Shown: positions 50,450 through 58,207 of the stretch, one piece after another
Layout of the letters: each line of letters starts with the position of its first letter
Numbering within the stretch: position 1 is the stretch's first letter
NCBI GenBank assembly: GCA_038209745.1
Contig: JBBQXJ010000021.1
Location: 1-58,207 of the forward strand
Direction of reading: 5' to 3'
DNA: 58,207 nt
Source of the DNA: Verrucomicrobiota bacterium
GTDB lineage: Bacteria; Verrucomicrobiota; Verrucomicrobiia; Limisphaerales; CANJSG01
The notes under the pieces: generated by a model
The model's database searches: none
Told to the model about the DNA's origin: nothing
Seen by the model: the letters and a program-made list of their open reading frames with translations, nothing else
Translations under genes and position numbers: made by a program

Positions 50450-50539
50450 ATGGCCAAAGGCAACAACAGTCACAAAAAGGAAACGAAGAAGCCGAAGAAG
50501 CCGAAGCCGACAGCGGCTCCCGCCACCCGGACCTCCTGA
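50450..50539 (+). CDS. 29-aa lysine-rich small protein (not in ORF track)
   Basis: MAKGNNSHKKETKKPKKPKPTAAPATRTS*, with GGAG 9 nt upstream of the ATG. Confidence 0.6.
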   Translation: MAKGNNSHKKETKKPKKPKPTAAPATRTS

Positions 50540-50704
50540 AGCTCTTCCGTCAATCCGTCAACGCAGCGGCCGGGGCCCATTCCAAGGGGTTGGCCTTGGC
50601 CGCTTACATTTTCACCTTGGACGGCGGCCGACCCGGCGGCGGTCTTTCCGGAGGGCTCGCCGGTGCTCCCGCCCGATGACCGGACTCTTTCCGAAAAAGA
50701 ACTC

Positions 50705-51103
50705 ATGAGCGGATCCAAACGTATTCCAACCGACGGCGGGCCGAGTTTCGGCCACAATCCCTTCGCCGCTTTGTCCAGCGAAGGGCTTCCGCCCGCGCCG
50801 GCGGATTTGCCGCCGGCGGAGGAGCTGGAGCCCAGTCGCAGATCGGCGAAGAGCAAGAGCCGCGGTAGGGTGGACATCCTCCGGCAGACGGCTCATCGCG
50901 GTGGCAAAACGGTGACGGTGATCAAGGGCTTCGTCGGGATCGGGCTGCCGGAGAAGGCGCAGCTCGCCAAAGCGCTCCAGCGTTCATGCGGCGCGGGTGG
51001 CACAGTGAAAGACGGCAATATCGAGATCCAGGGCGACAAGCGGCAGGAGGCGGCGCGCATCCTGACGGAAGCCGGTTTCAAGCCGGTCTTCGCCGGAGGC
51101 TGA
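50705..51103 (+). CDS. yciH: SUI1/YciH family translation initiation factor
   Basis: RGGKTVTVI, CGAGGTVKDG and IEIQGD motifs. Confidence 0.92.
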   Translation: MSGSKRIPTDGGPSFGHNPFAALSSEGLPPAPADLPPAEELEPSRRSAKSKSRGRVDILRQTAHRGGKTVTVIKGFVGIGLPEKAQLAKALQRSCGAGGTVKDGNIEIQGDKRQEAARILTEAGFKPVFAGG

Positions 51104-51121
51104 GGCGCTCAAGGACGCCGC

Positions 51122-51934
51122 GTGGAAACCACTCTCACCCTCCAGCCCATCGGCTTCATCCGCACGGAGAAGCAGGTAAAGTTCGACGCGCTGCATCAAC
51201 CGGCGGAAGACCGGCCGGAGCGCAACTTTCTGGAGCTGCTGCCCGGGCGGGACTACGAACTTGCGCTGCGGGATCTGGAGGGGTTTTCACGGGTGTGGCT
51301 GGTGTGGTGGTTTCATCGGAACCAGGGGTGGCGCCCCCTGGTGCTGCCACCGCGTGGGCCGGCTAAACGCCGTGGAGTGTTCGCGACGCGTTCGCCTTAT
51401 CGGCCGAATCCGCTGGGACTGACACCGGTGCCGTTGATCGCGGTGGAAAAAGGGCGGCTGGTGCTGGGTCCGTGCGATCTGGTGGACGGCACGCCGGTCT
51501 TCGACATCAAGCCCTACATCGCCGCCTACGATTCTTTTCCCGGTGCCGGGGGCGGCTGGACCGAGGAGGTGGACCGGGATCTGGCGCGGCCCCCGGCTTT
51601 TTCGGTCGCCTTGTCGCCATTGGCGAAGGCGCAGGCGGAATGGCTCCTGGGGAACTGGGGGATCGACTACCGGGAACGGATGTTCGAGCTGTTGGCACGG
51701 GATCCCGCGCCGCATCGGACGCGGAGAATACGGCGCCGGAAGGATGGTCGGATGGAGATCGGTTGCGGGGCCTGGCGCGGTTACTTCTCGGCGGAGGACG
51801 CTCGGGTGGACGTCACGGCGCTGGACGCGGCGTATCCGCTGCGCTTTCTGAACGACCCGACGCTGGACTATTTGCCGGATCGGGCCGCGCAGCTCGCGTT
51901 CCTGGCGCGCTGGCCGTCGCCCTACGGCGATTGA
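51122..51934 (+). CDS. trmO: tRNA t6A37 N6-methyltransferase TrmO (TsaA)
   Basis: PIGFI, GVFATRSPYRPNPLG and DGTPVFDIKPY motifs. Confidence 0.92.
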   Translation: METTLTLQPIGFIRTEKQVKFDALHQPAEDRPERNFLELLPGRDYELALRDLEGFSRVWLVWWFHRNQGWRPLVLPPRGPAKRRGVFATRSPYRPNPLGLTPVPLIAVEKGRLVLGPCDLVDGTPVFDIKPYIAAYDSFPGAGGGWTEEVDRDLARPPAFSVALSPLAKAQAEWLLGNWGIDYRERMFELLARDPAPHRTRRIRRRKDGRMEIGCGAWRGYFSAEDARVDVTALDAAYPLRFLNDPTLDYLPDRAAQLAFLARWPSPYGD

Positions 51935-52254
51935 CGCCGGCCGATGGGTGCGTCGGAGCCGGGACGGATCTTGCGCTTGGCCGCGTCGGGTTGTTCCCGG
52001 TAGAGAACGACGACGTGGCCGACTTGAAGGATCAAGTGGCTGGAGGTCTTGGACGCGATGTCCTTGGCGAGCTCCTTCTTCTGGTCCTTGAACTCGTCGA
52101 ACTTCACCTTCACCAGTTCGTGGAATTCGAGGGCTTCGTTGACCGTCTGGATGAAGCCGTCGCTGAGACCGGCGCGCCCCATCTTGAGCAGGGGTTCGAG
52201 GGTCTGGCCGGCGCTCTTGAGCTTGCGCAGGTGCAGATTGGGCAGCTTTTCCAT
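51922..52254 (-). CDS. yhbY: YhbY/CRM-domain RNA-binding protein
   Basis: L.P...GRAGL, HELVKVK and QVGHVVVLYR motifs. Confidence 0.92.
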   Translation of the reverse strand: MEKLPNLHLRKLKSAGQTLEPLLKMGRAGLSDGFIQTVNEALEFHELVKVKFDEFKDQKKELAKDIASKTSSHLILQVGHVVVLYREQPDAAKRKIRPGSDAPIGRRQSP

Positions 52255-52376
52255 GGCGGGAGTGTTCTCTGCCCGACGGTGCGCTGTCGAACGCGAATCG
52301 AGCCGGTCGGGGTCGGAATCAGCGATCCTCGACCATTGACCGTCGGCCGTGGATGAGTTATCGACCCTCCTGATCT

Positions 52377-53492
52377 ATGAGACGGAGGAATTCATTCAAA
52401 ACGGGCCGGGCCTGGGTGGCGGTCGCCGCATTCGCGGTGGTCGGTGCCGGGGCTTGGGCAGGGGACAAGATCGAAGTGTCCACCGGGCGGATCGTGCTGC
52501 CGAGCAACGTGGCGACCAACAAGACAGGCCAGCTTGAGGAGCCCAGCGTGGGACTCAAGAACTTCAATGACCGCATCAACCAGAACGAATCGCGTTTCGG
52601 CTGGCGCCGCGACCTTCCTGGAAACGTTCCAAATGTCGGAATCGCGCCGATGCCGGCGCCGATGCCGGCGCCGGTCCGGCGTCCAGCCAAGAACGACAAA
52701 AGCAAGAAGAGCGATGACTGGTTGACTGGGCCCAGTAATGGCGAACTCGATTACGAACGTGCGCTCGGGGTAGGAGCCATGTTTCAAAAGCCGAAGGCTT
52801 CGGCCACGTCGAGCGAAGCATCCGCCGCCGCTTCAGGGACACCGTCGCCGGGGTCAATCGACCGCACTTCCTCTCCTGGGTCGACCAGTCGTTCGGAACG
52901 TTTGTCCGGTGCGACCCCCGTAGAGAATCCATTTTCCTCGCAGATCCCCGGATTTGGCCGGTCTGAGAAGGTTTCTGGTTCGTCGCTTTCAGATCTTGGC
53001 CTGGCAAGTCCGAGTGGACTCGATTCTGGTGCCCGGTCATCGGGCTTCTCCTCGCTGCCGGGCGGTCCGAACGGCTATACGCCGATGGAAAGCTCGCAAA
53101 CGATCAACCGGACGGTTGATTCGATTTTGGGTCGTTCACGGTCGCTCGCCCCGTCGTCCGTCCCCACCTTGCAGTCCATCTTGAATCCGGGTTCCGTGGT
53201 CTCGGCGAACGGGTCACGGTTCGAGACCGGAGTGGATGATGTCCTCCAATCCTATCGGGGGCCCACTGCGCCCGAGCCGGTTCTCCGGACACCTTCCGCC
53301 GCGTCATTCGCCGCGCCAACCGCGCCGTCCCTTACTTTGGAAGATGCTCTGGGGGCGAAGCCGGGTGGATTGGATGCGCTCAACTCCTCTAGGCGCCTCC
53401 AACAAAAGGTCGAGCCGCCCCGGGGCTTCCTCGATCCTGCGAATCGTCCTCCGGCCGTCTTGCCTGGACCGACTCGAAGTTACGGGTTCTGA
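52377..53492 (+). CDS. Secreted Ser/Pro-rich low-complexity hypothetical protein
   Basis: Signal peptide (AWA), 371-aa ORF filling the gap between yhbY and moeA; probably disordered. Confidence 0.6.
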   Translation: MRRRNSFKTGRAWVAVAAFAVVGAGAWAGDKIEVSTGRIVLPSNVATNKTGQLEEPSVGLKNFNDRINQNESRFGWRRDLPGNVPNVGIAPMPAPMPAPVRRPAKNDKSKKSDDWLTGPSNGELDYERALGVGAMFQKPKASATSSEASAAASGTPSPGSIDRTSSPGSTSRSERLSGATPVENPFSSQIPGFGRSEKVSGSSLSDLGLASPSGLDSGARSSGFSSLPGGPNGYTPMESSQTINRTVDSILGRSRSLAPSSVPTLQSILNPGSVVSANGSRFETGVDDVLQSYRGPTAPEPVLRTPSAASFAAPTAPSLTLEDALGAKPGGLDALNSSRRLQQKVEPPRGFLDPANRPPAVLPGPTRSYGF

Positions 53493-53506
53493 GGTCCCCG
53501 AGCCTG

Positions 53507-54712
53507 CTACGGCAGCAGCAGCACGATGATCTGGTCTCCGACCCGGAACGAGGTGTCGGGAGGGACATCGACCAGTCCATTCGCAGCGGCCAATCCAGCC
53601 AAAGCGTGTGATCCTTGGACTCCTACTTGGCGCGCATCGCCCGCGGTCGAAACCTTCACGCGTAGGAAATGCCGCCGGTGTCCGGTGTTGTGAAGGGATT
53701 CGAGGAGCTTGGCCGAAAGCGTGGGCGGGGATACATCCGCTGCTCCCTGCATCGCCAGCAGAACTGGGCGCACCAGCAGCCAGAAAGTTACGAGCGAGGA
53801 CACGGGGTTGCCGGGAAGACCGAAGAGCTTTCGTCCATGCCAATCTCCGAAGACGAATGGCTTGCCCGGTTTTACGGCCACGTTCCAGAAGTGGATCGTT
53901 CCACCGATTTTTTCGAATGCGCTCCGCACGAAGTCCAGTTCCCCGACGGAAACGCCGCCCGACGTGACCAATGCGTCGCACTCGGAGAAGCAGCGACGCA
54001 GCATCGACTCCGTGGCGGCTGGCTCGTCGGGAACGCTCCCGAAGTCCCTCACTTCCGCGCCGCAGCTGCGGAGGAGCGGGATCAACTGGGCGCGGTTGCT
54101 CTCATAGATCATCCCGGGGCCCAGTGGCAGGCCTGGAGCGCACAGTTCGCTGCCGGTGGAGAAGAGACCGACCACGGGGCGACGGCCCACGGGCACTTCG
54201 GCCATACCCACGGCCGACAGCAGTCCACAGCTCCCGGCTGAAAGACGCGCTCCGGCAGCCAGCAGAGAGGCTCCGGGTCTCAGCTCTTCACCTTGGAGGC
54301 GGACCGCTTCCCACGGTTTCACCGGATCGAGGATTCCGACTTCATCCGGTCGTTCTCCCCGCACCAAGGTGTCTTCCTGCATGACGACGGCGTCGGCGCC
54401 TGCGGGCATCATCGCTCCGGTGAAGATGCGGGCGGCGGTGCCGGCTTCAACCTTGAAGCACGGGGCGCTGCCAGCGGGAACATGTCCGCAAATTCGGAGC
54501 CACACCGGCCGGTCCTCTGCCGCTCGCGCCACGTCGGCAGAACGGACCGCGAAGCCGTCGAAGGCGGAGTTGTCGAAGAGCGGCAGCGGCACTGGAGAGG
54601 TGACGGCATGAGCCAGGAAGCGGCCGGCGGCCTCGGTCACCGGCACCCTCTCCACGGGCAGGGGGACGGTCTGGCGGAGCATCCGCGCGAGAGCTTCTTC
54701 TAGTTCGATCAT
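53507..54712 (-). CDS. moeA: Molybdopterin molybdotransferase
   Basis: NSAFDGFAV, IFTGA..P.GADAVVMQE, STGSEL, TSGGVSVG and LPGNPVS motifs. Confidence 0.96.
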   Translation of the reverse strand: MIELEEALARMLRQTVPLPVERVPVTEAAGRFLAHAVTSPVPLPLFDNSAFDGFAVRSADVARAAEDRPVWLRICGHVPAGSAPCFKVEAGTAARIFTGAMMPAGADAVVMQEDTLVRGERPDEVGILDPVKPWEAVRLQGEELRPGASLLAAGARLSAGSCGLLSAVGMAEVPVGRRPVVGLFSTGSELCAPGLPLGPGMIYESNRAQLIPLLRSCGAEVRDFGSVPDEPAATESMLRRCFSECDALVTSGGVSVGELDFVRSAFEKIGGTIHFWNVAVKPGKPFVFGDWHGRKLFGLPGNPVSSLVTFWLLVRPVLLAMQGAADVSPPTLSAKLLESLHNTGHRRHFLRVKVSTAGDARQVGVQGSHALAGLAAANGLVDVPPDTSFRVGDQIIVLLLP

Positions 54713-54727
54713 GGGCGGGAAACGGTC

Positions 54728-54979
54728 TCAGCGACGGCGCAGCCAATGGAGCAGAACCGAACCCAGGCCGGAGAATCGGAACTCGGGGTCGATGTAGTGC
54801 TGGATGACGTAGAAGGCGAAATAGTAGGCCCGGCAAAAGGCCCAGATCCCGAGCGCAAGCAGGATCGCGGTCCGCCAATGCGGGATCTCGGCGAACAGCA
54901 GCGTGGCGGACACGAGACCGATCACGAGGAAGAGGACCGCCTTGAGCCACATCAAGCGGGCGTGTTGCAGGTCGCGCAT
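54728..54979 (-). CDS. Small membrane hypothetical protein (83 aa)
   Basis: MRDL..WLKAVLFL and CRAYYFAFYVIQHYIDP; hydrophobic, co-oriented upstream of moeA. Confidence 0.7.
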   Translation of the reverse strand: MRDLQHARLMWLKAVLFLVIGLVSATLLFAEIPHWRTAILLALGIWAFCRAYYFAFYVIQHYIDPEFRFSGLGSVLLHWLRRR

Positions 54980-55068
54980 TGGCGGAAGTGTGACGGACGG
55001 CCCGGTGCGGGCAAGAGCGGGAAAGGATTGCCGTTGCCCAGGACACGCTCTGTGGCACTGATGGGTCC

Positions 55069-55359
55069 ATGCCAAAGCTCGACTTCCCGCAGATCAAGTC
55101 CTCCCTCGCGACCGTTCCCGATTGGAAGAAGAAGGGTTCCTCCATCGTCCGCACCTACCAGTTCAAAGACTTCGTCGTCGCGATGAAATTCGTGAACGCC
55201 GTTGCGAAGCTCGCTGAGAAGACGCAGCACCATCCCGACATCGATATCCGGTGGAACAACGTTTCGTTGTCGCTCACCACGCACGACGTCGGCGGGCTTT
55301 CGGAGAAGGATTTCGCGGCGGCAATCCGGTTCGATTCTGCCGCCGGAAAAGTGGCTTGA
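55069..55359 (+). CDS. phhB: Pterin-4-alpha-carbinolamine dehydratase
   Basis: HHPDI..W..V...LTTHD.GGLS..D signature. Confidence 0.94.
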   Translation: MPKLDFPQIKSSLATVPDWKKKGSSIVRTYQFKDFVVAMKFVNAVAKLAEKTQHHPDIDIRWNNVSLSLTTHDVGGLSEKDFAAAIRFDSAAGKVA

Positions 55360-55368
55360 GGCGGCGGT

Positions 55369-56283
55369 TCATCGGAACGGAAGCCGCACATACAGCGAGG
55401 ACAGGCCCTTCAAAGCCTCCAAACTGGCGAAGAAAAGCAGTCCGATCCCCAGCAGCGGCACCAGGTCGATCCGCCCGACTTGCAGGGTCAACAACTGTCC
55501 CACGAAGAGCACCCATCGGATCCGGGTCACGCGAAGGGCCAGCGCCAGCGGCAGACCCAGCACCCAGCGCAGCGGCAGGAGCCCTCTCTGGGAGGTCGTC
55601 TGGACGTAGATCCAAACCGTGGATTGGCCGAGGTAGACGTAGCTGTTGAGCAGGCCGGCGAGCAGCAGACCGATCAGCAGCCAGCGCAGTTCCAGATAGA
55701 AGGCGAGGCCATGCACGGCGGCCTGTTGGAAGCGGTGCGCGATGGACTTGGCGGCGGGCAAAAGACTCATCCACTCCAGCGCCGGGCTCAGCGCCGACCA
55801 TGCGCCGGCGACCAGGAAGAACGGCAGCAACAGCCGGAGCCCACCGGGCCAGACGTCCAACACGCCGATCTGTTCGCGGACGAAACGGTTCTGCGGGTTG
55901 TCGGCGGACCGCGGATGCAGGAGCGAGAGGGCGATCAGCCACAGATACGCCACCGCCAAGGCGTGGGCGAAACTGCAGAAGGAGTAGGCGAGCATGAAGT
56001 CCCAATACCGGCTGCGGAACGAGACCGGCACCAGACCGAAGGGCAGCTTGGCCACCCAGTCCACCGTTTGGCCGACCTGCCAATAGACGACGAACCGGAC
56101 GAGAAGGAGCCCGCCAAGGAACGACAGGAGATGGCTGCGCCGTTGGCCGGCATCGGTCCGTCGGAGGGTGGACAGGAGGCTCACTCCTGCGTGCGGCACG
56201 ACGAGACGCGCCCGGGTCTGCCTCCAGCCGAACCAGAGGAGCAGCTCGGCCAAGTTCAGGATGAAATCGAGAATGTCCATCAA
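55369..56283 (-). CDS. Integral membrane protein, YggT-like
   Basis: Multi-TM protein with two YggT-like repeats (L.PLR....GRIDLVPL). Confidence 0.65.
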   Translation of the reverse strand: MMDILDFILNLAELLLWFGWRQTRARLVVPHAGVSLLSTLRRTDAGQRRSHLLSFLGGLLLVRFVVYWQVGQTVDWVAKLPFGLVPVSFRSRYWDFMLAYSFCSFAHALAVAYLWLIALSLLHPRSADNPQNRFVREQIGVLDVWPGGLRLLLPFFLVAGAWSALSPALEWMSLLPAAKSIAHRFQQAAVHGLAFYLELRWLLIGLLLAGLLNSYVYLGQSTVWIYVQTTSQRGLLPLRWVLGLPLALALRVTRIRWVLFVGQLLTLQVGRIDLVPLLGIGLLFFASLEALKGLSSLYVRLPFR

Positions 56284-56373
56284 CGCGTCGTCGAGATGCG
56301 ACGGAGTGTCGGGGAACGCTTCGCCGGTTCAAACCGAAAGCGATCCGGATTCGCTTCGGCGGAGGCGTCCCAC

Positions 56374-56405
56374 AAGGAAAGCGCCGCCTTTCCCGGGCGG
56401 CGCTT
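56374..56405 (-). terminator. Probable terminator after sucD
   Basis: AAGCGCCGCC/GGCGGCGCTT 10-bp stem, with a TTTCCTT run at its minus-strand 3' end. Confidence 0.55.
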
Positions 56406-56426
56406 CGGTCTCCAGCCGGGAGGACG

Positions 56427-57350
56427 TCAGGTCAAGGTCACGCCGGCACGCTGCGCGGCGCGGATGAGGGCGTCGGCCATGTCGCTCGGGGTGACCGCGA
56501 CTTCGACGCCGCATTCGTTGAAGACGGCGATCTTCGCGGCGGCGGTGTCTTCGGCGCCGCCGATGACCGCACCGGCGTGGCCCATGCGACGGCCGGCGGG
56601 CGCGGTGGCCCCGGCGATGAAGCCGGCGACGGGCTTCTGGCAGTGGGCCTTGATCCAACGGGCGGCTTCGACTTCGGCGCTGCCGCCGATCTCACCGATC
56701 ATGATGATGCCGACCGTTTCCGGGTCGTCGTTGAAGAGCTTGATGACGTCGAGATGGGACGTGCCGTTGACCGGATCGCCGCCGATGCCAACGCAGGTGC
56801 TCTGGCCGATGCCCTTGCTGGTGAGCTGGAAGACGGCTTCGTAGGTCAAGGTGCCGGAGCGGGAGACGACGCCGACGCGGCCCTTCTTATGGATGTAGCC
56901 GGGGGCGATGCCGATGCGGCAGCCGCCCTTGGAATTCTCGCCGGTGCCGGGAGTGACCACGCCGGGACAGTTGGGACCGATGAGCCGGGTCTTGCTGCCC
57001 TGCATGGCGCGCTTCACGCGGATCATGTCCTTCACCGGAATGCCTTCGGTGATGGCGACGGCGAGTTCCAGACCGGCGGCGACGCCTTCGAGGATGGCGT
57101 CACCGGCGAACGGGGGTGGAACGAAGATGGCGGAGACGGTCGCGCCGGTTTCGCGGGCGGCGTCGGCCACGGAGTTGAAGATGGGCACGCGCTTGCCGGC
57201 GTGCTCGAAGAACTGTCCGCCCTTGCCGGGCGTGACCCCGGCGACGACCAGGGTGCCGTAGTCGATGGACAGCTTGGCGTGGCGGCCGCCGAAGTCGCCG
57301 GTGATGCCTTGGACGAGGATCTTGGTTTGGGGAGTAACGAGGATGGCCAT
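56427..57350 (-). CDS. sucD: Succinyl-CoA synthetase alpha subunit
   Basis: [28 protein letters not shown] and RMGHAGA (phospho-His) motifs. Confidence 0.98.
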   Translation of the reverse strand: MAILVTPQTKILVQGITGDFGGRHAKLSIDYGTLVVAGVTPGKGGQFFEHAGKRVPIFNSVADAARETGATVSAIFVPPPFAGDAILEGVAAGLELAVAITEGIPVKDMIRVKRAMQGSKTRLIGPNCPGVVTPGTGENSKGGCRIGIAPGYIHKKGRVGVVSRSGTLTYEAVFQLTSKGIGQSTCVGIGGDPVNGTSHLDVIKLFNDDPETVGIIMIGEIGGSAEVEAARWIKAHCQKPVAGFIAGATAPAGRRMGHAGAVIGGAEDTAAAKIAVFNECGVEVAVTPSDMADALIRAAQRAGVTLT

Positions 57351-57354
57351 GATG

Positions 57355-57617
57355 TTAGCGGAGTCGGTAGTTCAAATACTTTGGATCGCGCGCGCCATGC
57401 ACCACGGCGACGACACGAACCTCTTCTTCGAAAATCTGATAGTAGATGGAGTAGGGCCAACCAGGGATATTGACCTTGCGGAGGCTCTTCCTGCCGAACG
57501 CCCACGCAGGGCGAGGATGAAGCGGCGCCCAACGCCGCTCTGCTTCTGCTCATACCACGCATGGGTTTCATCAATGTCGCGCTGGGCATCTGGCGTGATG
57601 ACAAGCTGAAAACTCAT
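57355..57617 (-). pseudogene. ParE/RelE-family toxin broken by an internal deletion/frameshift
   Basis: The N-terminus MSFQLVITPDAQRDIDE..WYE and the C-terminus WPYSIYYQIFEEEVRVVAVVHGARDP..LR* are in different frames. Confidence 0.8.
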
Positions 57618-57832
57618 CTTCCCCAAAACCACTTCTGGTCAAACTCGCGAAGCGTCATCGCTCCGGTCGGGTTCGAGTCATATTGGTCGGCACGCCGCTC
57701 CAACTCGGCCAGGAGTTCGGCAGGGATCTCCGCAGATTCACGCCCCACGACCGCCGGCAAAAGCAGATCGACGACCTCTGCCTTTTCTTTGGGAGAAAGG
57801 GCGGCCAGTTCTTTTTCAAGGGAGGCATTCAT
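57614..57832 (-). CDS. Addiction-module antitoxin (TIGR02574-like)
   Basis: LSPKEKAEVVDLL...AELERR; ATGA overlap with the ParE-like gene. Confidence 0.82.
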   Translation of the reverse strand: MNASLEKELAALSPKEKAEVVDLLLPAVVGRESAEIPAELLAELERRADQYDSNPTGAMTLREFDQKWFWGR

Positions 57833-57847
57833 AGTGTCGTTTGGAAC

Positions 57848-58207
57848 TCAGACGGGCAGCTTCACCTGCTTGCGCTGGTGGATGAAAATGACGTTGTCGT
57901 CGGGATCGAAGATCGCCGACATCCGGCAGACGGGCGTGGGCATGGGCTCCAGCTTGAAGCGGACGCCCTTGGACTTCAGATGGGCGATGGCGGCGTCGAA
58001 GTCTTCAGCTTCGAGCGCCACGGCGCAGCCGTCGGAGCTGGGTTTCCAGCCGGGCGCGCAGCCGATGGTCAGCGTGCCGGGGCCGATGTCATACTCGGTC
58101 CACTGCATCCCGCCGGCTTCGCCGTGGACCATGCCGACCTTCAAACCCAGGACGCCTTCGTAGAATTCCCGCGCCCGCGCCATGTCGGTCACGGGGTAGC
58201 AGGAGAA
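57848..58207 (-). CDS. VOC/glyoxalase family protein (5' end off-window)
   Basis: VTDMARAREFYEGVLGL and FDPDDN motifs; the reading frame runs to the window edge. Confidence 0.9.
   Translation of the reverse strand, partial: FSCYPVTDMARAREFYEGVLGLKVGMVHGEAGGMQWTEYDIGPGTLTIGCAPGWKPSSDGCAVALEAEDFDAAIAHLKSKGVRFKLEPMPTPVCRMSAIFDPDDNVIFIHQRKQVKLPV

Noticed and set aside
52643..52672. 12-bp tandem repeat encoding APMPAPMPAP
   Set aside because: An ordinary low-complexity linker in a disordered protein.

Overview
A 58 kb, high-GC bacterial window, most consistent with Verrucomicrobiota. This is inferred from the PEP-CTERM protein, the H-X9-DG prepilin-like protein and the Thr/Asn-rich secreted proteins ending in an 'F-[YF]-R' domain. 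Housekeeping genes (ppdK, clpS, aat, uvrC, recF, proC, nth, moeA, sucD, RNA-modification genes) alternate with accessory blocks. (i) The right end of an IS66-family element interrupts a gene at the left edge. (ii) Two tandem hydrazine-synthase-alpha-like heme c proteins. (iii) A divergent putative copper/metal-handling island: MbnP-MbnH fusion, YHYH protein, CxxC/polyproline leader, prepilin-like protein, PEP-CTERM protein and a His-containing secreted protein. (iv) A defence island in which an uncharacterised 332-aa protein and an intact PIN nuclease sit between hsdS and hsdM of a type I R-M operon. It is flanked by a decayed vapBC pair, a candidate structured ncRNA and a tRNA-Arg 5' half. 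(v) A ~1,310-aa propeller/PA14/di-heme protein and an orphan flavin-dependent halogenase. REP-like palindromes are common, and a heptamer repeat has entered two unrelated coding sequences in frame. No rRNA, intact tRNA or CRISPR array was seen. All family assignments come from recognising motifs by eye; no database searches were run.
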